Assembly (NCBI GenBank): GCA_951406725.2
Contig: OX597818.1
Coordinates: 35,898,001 to 35,962,000 of the forward strand
DNA length: 64,000 nucleotides
From: Octopus vulgaris
Taxonomy: Eukaryota
Reading direction: 5' to 3'
The position numbers and the translations under genes were made by a program. How positions within the stretch are numbered: position 1 is the stretch's first letter; each line of letters starts with the position of its first letter. A model generated the notes under the pieces. That model saw only the letters and a list, made by a program, of their open reading frames with translations. It was not told where the DNA came from and searched no databases. Positions 56,567-64,000 of this stretch are shown one piece after another.

Positions 56567-57397
56567 TTGTATAGAAGACTTATAGTTGATTATATCGATA
56601 CCATACCATACCAGAATTGGCAGGTACTTAATTTATCGATCATATACAGACGAACAGGTAAAAGTCGATATCGCACAGGAGTTGGAATCAGACGCGTAGC
56701 TAAATAAATGATGCAACATATTTTAGTCTGTCTGATGTCCCCCCCACCCCCGTTACTATCAGCAAAACCTGGAAAATTATTATGTATACAATCAAACATA
56801 AAAGTTTAAAAAAAAAAAATAATAATAATAATAAATGAATAAACAAATTATTTGGTAAATAACCAAAATTGTTGCTATGTACCAAAAATAGCTCAGTCAC
56901 GGGCTTATATATAGTTGATTCTAAAAATAGTTTGAGAAGCCAACGAAATAGAGCCGAGACTGCTAACAGTGTACTTTAATATGCCAGGCCAAATATAGAG
57001 GAGTATGCTAACAGCAGTATTTCCAATCCAAAAATAAATTTTACTTGCACTTGTTTAACGTACTTTCTCTTACGAGAGACGAAGGCTGAAATTACTGATA
57101 CGTACGTACATACATACATGCATACGTGCATATAAATATGTATATGTATGTATATATATATTTGTGTGTGTGTGTGTGTGTGTGTTTGCTCCCCTCTCCA
57201 TCGCCTGACAACCGATGTTGGTGTGCTTACGTCCCCGTAACTTAGCGGTTCGGCAAAAGGTATCGACAGAGTAAGTACTAGGCTTACAAAGAATAAGTCG
57301 TGGGGTCGATTTGTTGAACTAAAGGCGGTGCTCCAGCATGGTCGCAGTCAATGACAGAAACAAGTAAAAAGAATATATATATATATATATATATATA

Positions 57398-57700
57398 TCA
57401 CTGTGACCGACCAGACTATCAGATGTTGCAACACATCGCTGGTCACAATGCGCTTCGCATTGTTTTAGCTTTCAACTGATGCCACCCTGCTGGCTAAGAG
57501 AGCAGGCCAACAGAAGAAAGAGTGAGAAAAAGTTGTGGCGAAAGGGTACAGCAGGGATCGCCAGCACCCCCTGCCGGAGCTTCGTGGAACATTAGGTGTT
57601 TTCGCGCAATAAACACTCACAACGCCCGGTCTGGGAATCGAAACCGTGATCTTCTGACCACGAGTCCGCTGCCTTAACCACTGGGCCATTGCGCCTCCAT
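57398..57700 (-). mobile_element. tRNA-Arg-like SINE sharing the family-E head with a different tail; tail-only copy at 52140-52258
   Basis: Head and GCCACAACTTT segment as in family E; tail GCTAAAACAATGCGAA..CATTGTGACCAGCGATGTG. Confidence 0.8.
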
Positions 57701-58478
57701 GCGTTAAGCATTAAATAGACGAGAAACTTGACAACCTTGCACGTGCAGAGATTTGTACTCGTAACTGCAATTATACAGGTCACTGGTCAATACGAAAGCA
57801 CTGCCATCGATTTCAGGCTATATTTTGTTCTACTTATTGTCTATTCAGCTAAAGCTAACAATTACGACTAGTCAGGCACAGTCGTCTAGTTTTTACGTAT
57901 TAAGCTAGAAATTCAAAACGCCGCCGATCATAGGACGAGTACGAACCATCGACCTTTCGCTGCTTGTCCAGTAGCTTATCAACTTTTTTCGTACATTTCA
58001 AGGCATGTATATCTCATTTAGAATACTTTGGAAAAGTCCTTGCATAACAAATCAATATTTAACATATTTAAATGTTATATGTATACGAGGAGGACATATA
58101 TATGTCTGTCTTTAACTGATTTTGATGAGTCTCTCCGATTTTCTCGTACGTACTATGTGTGGGACGCGACCGGGAAAGATACCAACCGCTCTGTCTGAAA
58201 CACCATGGCCGAGCAGGTTGCAAAAATCAAGGAGGTGTTCGAAGACCTTCTCAGGGATAGGAAAGGAAAGTATGTGCCAAGTTCGGGAGTATTTTTGAGG
58301 CTGCAGTGGAAGCTGAGTGCGGCTACTTTGAATAAACTGTTATCTCCCAGGCATAACCGAGTTGGTATTATTTATTTTCCAAAATGCATATATTTTGGGA
58401 TGGAATATTTTGCTTTCTTTTCCTTTCATACAAACTGTCAAATTTAGCCCGTATGCCCTCTATATATGTGTGCAAATG

Positions 58479-58546
<68 letters not shown>

Positions 58547-58728
58547 CCGCATACTGAACTCATTAGAAAAATGTTTCTAATGAGTTCAGTATGGCAAAGT
58601 ATTTATTTTACTAAGCCCTTTATATAATGTAATAATTTGAATTCGCCTTAAATGGTCCCTTTGCATACTGAACACTTGGTGAAATTGATTAATAATTAAT
58701 TAATTTTACCCTCAATTGTTGAAATATA

Positions 58729-58762
<34 letters not shown>

Positions 58763-58767
58763 AAGGT

Positions 58768-58807
<40 letters not shown>

Positions 58808-58939
58808 GTAGATATATACGTGCCCCAGCATGGCCACAGCTCATTAGCTGAAACTAGAAAAATCAAATCAAAATCATATATATATATATATCCGTTTCTT
58901 ACACAAAAATCATATATATATATATATACATATATATGT

Positions 58940-59285
<346 letters not shown>

Positions 59286-59944
59286 TTAATTTCCAGGAAC
59301 GCTGCCGTGTTCTCTTTTAGAGAGACTTAGTAATTTTAATATTTCTATTATATATATATATATATATATATAAAGGAATACAAAAAATGGGACAAGAACG
59401 CAAAACAACCGGACAGTTAGATGATACAAAATAGGGACAACAAAACATCCAGACAGCTGATACAAAAAAGGGACGAGAAAAAAACAAGGACAGGTCATTC
59501 GGGGTTTTCTTTCCTCAGTCGAGTTCCAGATTATTTTTGCAATTTTGGCTTGTTATACTCGAAATTATTCCAGTCTGGCTAGCCCCAAAGAAAAACTAAA
59601 CTAAGACCACTATATTTTTTCGTCTAAGTATTATCTTCCTTTCTACTTCCTTTTCTTTCTTAACAGTTACAACAGCGATGGCTCATTACGTCATTTTCTC
59701 TAAACTAGAATTTTCACGTTCATATTTGAATTTTTCGCGTTTCAACTGTTCTCTGTTTTTTACTCATTCCCAAAGTTGACGAACATTTAGTGATACGTAA
59801 AACCAAATCTCTAGTGAGACATTTAATTTTTTTATTTATTTATATACCCGAAGAGACCCAGAACGGGTCGAAACATCTTTTTTTCCCATCTATTTTATGA
59901 AAATATGGAGAATCAGAAAAAATGTATTACATACAAATAACTAT

Positions 59945-60166
59945 ATATTTCTTTACTACCCACAAGGGGCTAAACACAGAGGGGACAGACAAAGGGATTA
60001 AGTCGATTACATTGACCCCAGTGCGTAACTGGTAATTAATTTATCGACCCCGAAAGGCTGGAAGGCAAAGTCGACCTCGGTGGAATTTGAACTCGGAACG
60101 TAACGACAGACGAAATACGGCTACGCATTTCACCCGGCGTGCTAACGTTTCTGCCAGCTCGCCGCC
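59945..60166 (-). mobile_element. SINE family B monomer
   Basis: Head ends near 60166; tail A near 59945. Confidence 0.88.
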
Positions 60167-61231
60167 TTAAGGGATTCGTAACTATAGCTATAACATTCAT
60201 ACTACAGATTCAAAGCATGTGCGGTTGGGTGTTAGTCAGAGAAAATTCGCATCAATGAAAGATTCGTGAATTCATAAGCATGACATCTTTCCGGAAACGG
60301 ACGCGAAAATGAGGTAGTGGTCGAAGGATGAAGTTGTTAATATAAAAAATCTTGCGTTATACAAATCTCATAATCAATACTTTCCTTTCCCTGTGTGTGT
60401 TCAACACTTTAATATTTTTTTGTAAACTTTTACGAAAGATAAAAATCTTAACGCAAACACACACACACACCTACACAGACACACACATGCATGTATGTAC
60501 TTGTGTGTATACATATGTATATGTACACATACGCCTGTATCTACATATATATATATATGTATGTGCGTGTGTATCTATGTGTGTCTGCCAAATAAGTGTA
60601 CAGTTTTATAATTAGATAAAAAAAATAGTAAAGAATAGAAAGAAAGTAGAAGGAAGAAAAAACAAAAATGTTGATACGGAATCAACTGTAAATGTAAATC
60701 ACGAATTGGTCTGACTAATTAAAAGTTCCATTCCAAAATTCAAGTGAGTAACTCCCAACTAACACAGACATGACGTGTTTGGGTGAAAGATATGTCCCAA
60801 CGACGCCCACCGCTTTCTAAACCATTGTAAAGCAAAACGTATTAAACTTATCAAATTATTTAAAACTAGAAACGGGTGTTGAGACTCAAGTGTTTGTTGT
60901 TTCTCGTGTTGAAGAAATAAATAATCCAACCTTCACAACAAGAGAATCCTTTGAAGACATTATCTAACTTCCATAACAGGAGAAGCCATAAATGCTGACA
61001 TCCGGAATATATCGTAATTTTTGCAACAATATCCATTAAATTTAGGTTTCAATATAAATAAGGGCTAATTTAGAAACGGTTACTCTTTAACATATTCATC
61101 TTAAAGGACAGTGGTGTTTAAAGTACCAAACGATCCCGTCACATGGTTTTAAGGAGACTTCAAAACTTAAGCCATATTTTTATCACTTTGAAAGCCCAAG
61201 AGCAGCGAATAGCATCTCGAAACTAAGTTTC

Positions 61232-61348
61232 TCTTACGGTCATATCACTTTGAAAGCACCGGTTCTCATCCGATTACCGAAGTTAAGCGACGTCGAGCCT
61301 AGTTAGTACTTAGATGAGTGACCGCTTGGGAAACCTAGGTGCTGTAAG
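61232..61348 (+). pseudogene. Near full-length 5S rRNA-derived sequence (retrocopy)
   Basis: CTTACGGTCATATCAC..GAAAGCACCGGTTCTC..CCGAAGTTAAGC..GTTAGTACTT..GTGACCGCTTGGGAAACCTAGGTGCTGTAAG; terminal stem CTTAC/GTAAG; box C altered; no oligo-T terminator. Confidence 0.92.
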
Positions 61349-61433
61349 GGGAATCACTCGGCTCATCCGTCGATGAAGAGCGCGGCTATCCGCGTGAACT
61401 GATGCAAATTGCAGGACTCGGTGAACATCGACA
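61349..61433 (+). pseudogene. 5.8S rRNA-derived fragment (5' portion) fused directly to the 5S copy
   Basis: ATCACTCGGCTC..CGTCGATGAAGAGCGC..GCGTGAA..AATTGCAGGAC..TGAACATCGAC are conserved eukaryotic 5.8S blocks, in the correct order. Confidence 0.88.
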
Positions 61434-61451
61434 AAAAAAAGGAGAAAAAAA

Positions 61452-61672
61452 GGCGGCGAGCTGGCAGAAACGTTAGCACGCCGGGCGAAATGCTTAGCGG
61501 CATTTCGTCTGCTGTTACGTTCTGAGTTCAAATTCCGCCGAGGTCGACTTTGCCTATCATCCTTTCGGGGTCGATAAATTAAGTACCAGTTACGCACTGG
61601 GGTCACTGTAATCGACTAAATCCCTTTGTTTGTCCTCTCTATGTTTAGCCCCTTGTGAGTAATAAAGAAATA
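61452..61672 (+). mobile_element. SINE family B monomer forming the 3' part of the rRNA chimera
   Basis: Intact head, Meta core, tail A. Confidence 0.9.
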
Positions 61673-62160
61673 AGAAACTTAGTTTCTCTGTTATGTGGTA
61701 ACCTATCAGAAAAAGTTGCATTACAATCTGTTAATTGGATGGTTTGTCTACGGACAAATGTTAATGTTGGAAAAATTACAACACTTTTGATTAATTTTCA
61801 AATTCTGAATCTCTCCACACGTGCAATTATCCTGAAATCGTTTTCATTTAATCAAGCACAATTGCACCCTTACAAGGAGATGAAGGAGTTATTTTGGTTT
61901 TTCGGGCATTTAACTAAAAAGAAATCTAAGAATTGTTTACAATGATTAATGATGAACATCAGTCTGTAATAACAAAATTTTGGTAAAACAAGTCTAGCCC
62001 AAGCAATAAAGGTATTAAAGATATTTAAGAAGATGTTCAACATCCCTATGTCACTGAGTTTGGGGAAAAAACGTGTTCCAATGTGCTTAAGAGAGATCAT
62101 AAAATGGAGGGTGAAACCTATATGACCATTCAGTCTTTCCTCTAAACACAATGTATTTAT

Positions 62161-62323
62161 AGGCGTAGGAATGGTTGTGTTGTAAGTAGCTTGCTTACGA
62201 ACCACATGGTTCCGGGTACAGTCCCACTGCGTGGCGCCTTGGGCAAGTGTTTTCTACTATAGCCTCGGGCCCACCAAAGCCTTATGAGTGGATTTGGTAG
62301 ATGGAAACTGAAAGAAGACCGTC

Positions 62324-62377
<54 letters not shown>

Positions 62378-62585
62378 TTGTGTGTCTGTGTTTGCCCCCC
62401 CCCCCAACATCGCTTGATAACCGATGGTGGTGTGTTTACGTCCCCGTAACTTAGCGGTTCGGCAAAAGAGATCGATAAAATAAAGTACTAGGCTTACAAA
62501 GAATAAGTTCTGGGGGTCGATTTGCTCGACTAAAGGCGGTGCTCCAGCATGGCCGCAGTCAAGTGACAAACAAGTAAAAGAGTAA
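62161..62585 (+). mobile_element. Full-length SINE family A
   Basis: Consensus architecture. Confidence 0.9.
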
Positions 62586-63017
62586 AGAGAGTATTTAGAA
62601 ATATATAATTCAATGTACCGTTTCTTGAGAAAAACTGCAGTGAGATTTTGGCTGCAATTTGTCAAAGGCTGCAAGCTGGCAGAATCGTTAATGAATCGAA
62701 TAAAGAAAATGCTTAGCAGCGCTTGTTCCAGCTCTTTACGTTTTGAATCCAAATGCCATCAAGGTCAACTTTGCTTTTCGTCCTTACGGGATCGATAAAA
62801 TAAAGTACCAGCTTGTTAATGCCTTGACTGGGGTCGATGTAATCCACTGGCCCCATCTCCCTTGTGCCTAGTGTAGCCGGGATACATATAACCCCTGGTG
62901 AGCCATATAAGGTTTTGTCGTTAAAATCTATGTGCACTAAAATGGGTTTACCTCTTCGATACACAAACTATTTTAACAACTTTATTTTTTCCTACATTTC
63001 AAAATAATATTTAATAA

Positions 63018-63427
63018 TAGGCACAGGAGTGGCTGTATGGTAAGTAGCTTGCTTACCAACTACATGGTTCCGGGGTTCATTCCCACTGCCTGGCACCTTG
63101 GGTAAATGTCTTCTACTATAGCCTCGGGCCGACCAAAGCCTTGTGAGTGGATTTGTGAGTAGACGGAAACTGAAAGAAGCTCGTCGTATATATGTATATA
63201 TATGTATGTATGTGTGTTTATATGTTTGTGTGTCTGTGTTTGTCTCCCCAACATCGCTTGACAACAGATGCTGGTATGTTTTCGTCCCCGTAACTTAGGT
63301 GTTCGGCAAAAGAGGCCGATAGAATAAGTACTAGGTTTACAAAGAATAAATCCTGGGGTCAGTTTGTTCGACTAAAGGCGGTGCTCCAGCATGGCCGCAG
63401 TCAAATGACTGAAACAAGTAAAAGAGT
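63018..63427 (+). mobile_element. Full-length SINE family A
   Basis: Consensus architecture. Confidence 0.9.
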
Positions 63428-63620
63428 AATATAAATTCCACTGGATTTCTTTTTAAGGTGTTGAATGTCTATGAGGGTCCAGTAGAGTGAGAGAGGAGTC
63501 AAAGGGGACCATAGATGGATTTTTTTTAAAAAGGTGGGGGCTGGGAGCTACTCGCCTGGAAGCTCACCTGTTATGGCATTGGTGGTTGTGATAATGGAAA
63601 TGGTTTTGGTGGTGGTGGTA

Positions 63621-64000
63621 GAAGAAGAAGAAGAAGAAGAAGAAGAAGAAGAAGAAGAAGAAGAAGAAGAAGAAGAAGAAGAAGAAGAAAAAGAAGAAGA
63701 AGAAAAAGAAGGGAGGAAGAAGAAGAAAAGAAGGGAGGAAGAAGAAGAAAAGAAGGGAGAAAGAAGAAGAAAAGAAGGGAGGAAGAAGAAGAACAAGAAG
63801 AAGAAGGAGAAAATATAAAGAACACGAAGAAGAAAAAGAAGAAGAAGATTGGGAGAAAGAAGAAAAAGAAGAAAATAAAAAGAACACGAAGAAGAACAAG
63901 AAGGGGAGGAAGGTGAAGGAGAAGGTGATGAAGAAGATGAGGAAGAAGATGAGGAAGAAGAAGAATGGGAGAAAGAAGAAAAAGAAGAAAATAAAAAGAA
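63621..64000. repeat. (GAA)n and degenerate GA-rich repeat
   Basis: Direct inspection; TGGGAGAAAGAAGAAAAAGAAGAAAATAAAAAGAA is duplicated. Confidence 0.92.

Noticed and set aside
61232-61433. Functional rDNA locus
   Set aside because: No ITS, 18S or 28S context; 5.8S truncated, 5S box C mutated, no terminator.

Overview
AT-rich, repeat-saturated eukaryotic DNA, most likely an octopus (coleoid cephalopod) intergenic or intronic region. The organism is inferred from the SINE repertoire and microsatellite load, not proven. No intact protein-coding gene is supported; almost all track ORFs are translations of microsatellites or SINEs. The window holds at least five tRNA-derived SINE families, decayed LINE fragments (CR1-like, Tx1/L1-like, R4/Dong-like), Tc1 and mariner remnants, many Penelope-like termini with minimal hammerhead ribozyme motifs, and several foldback elements. 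Most notable: (1) a 5S rRNA-5.8S rRNA-oligo(A)-SINE chimera at 61232-61672 enclosed by one 16-bp target-site duplication; (2) tandem Meta-domain SINE concatemers with rule-like junctions shared between independent arrays; (3) a TSD-flanked tRNA-head plus hammerhead element with Penelope-style inverted architecture; (4) SINE tails that match LINE 3' ends in the same window. Coordinates of degenerate repeats are approximate (about +/-10 bp).
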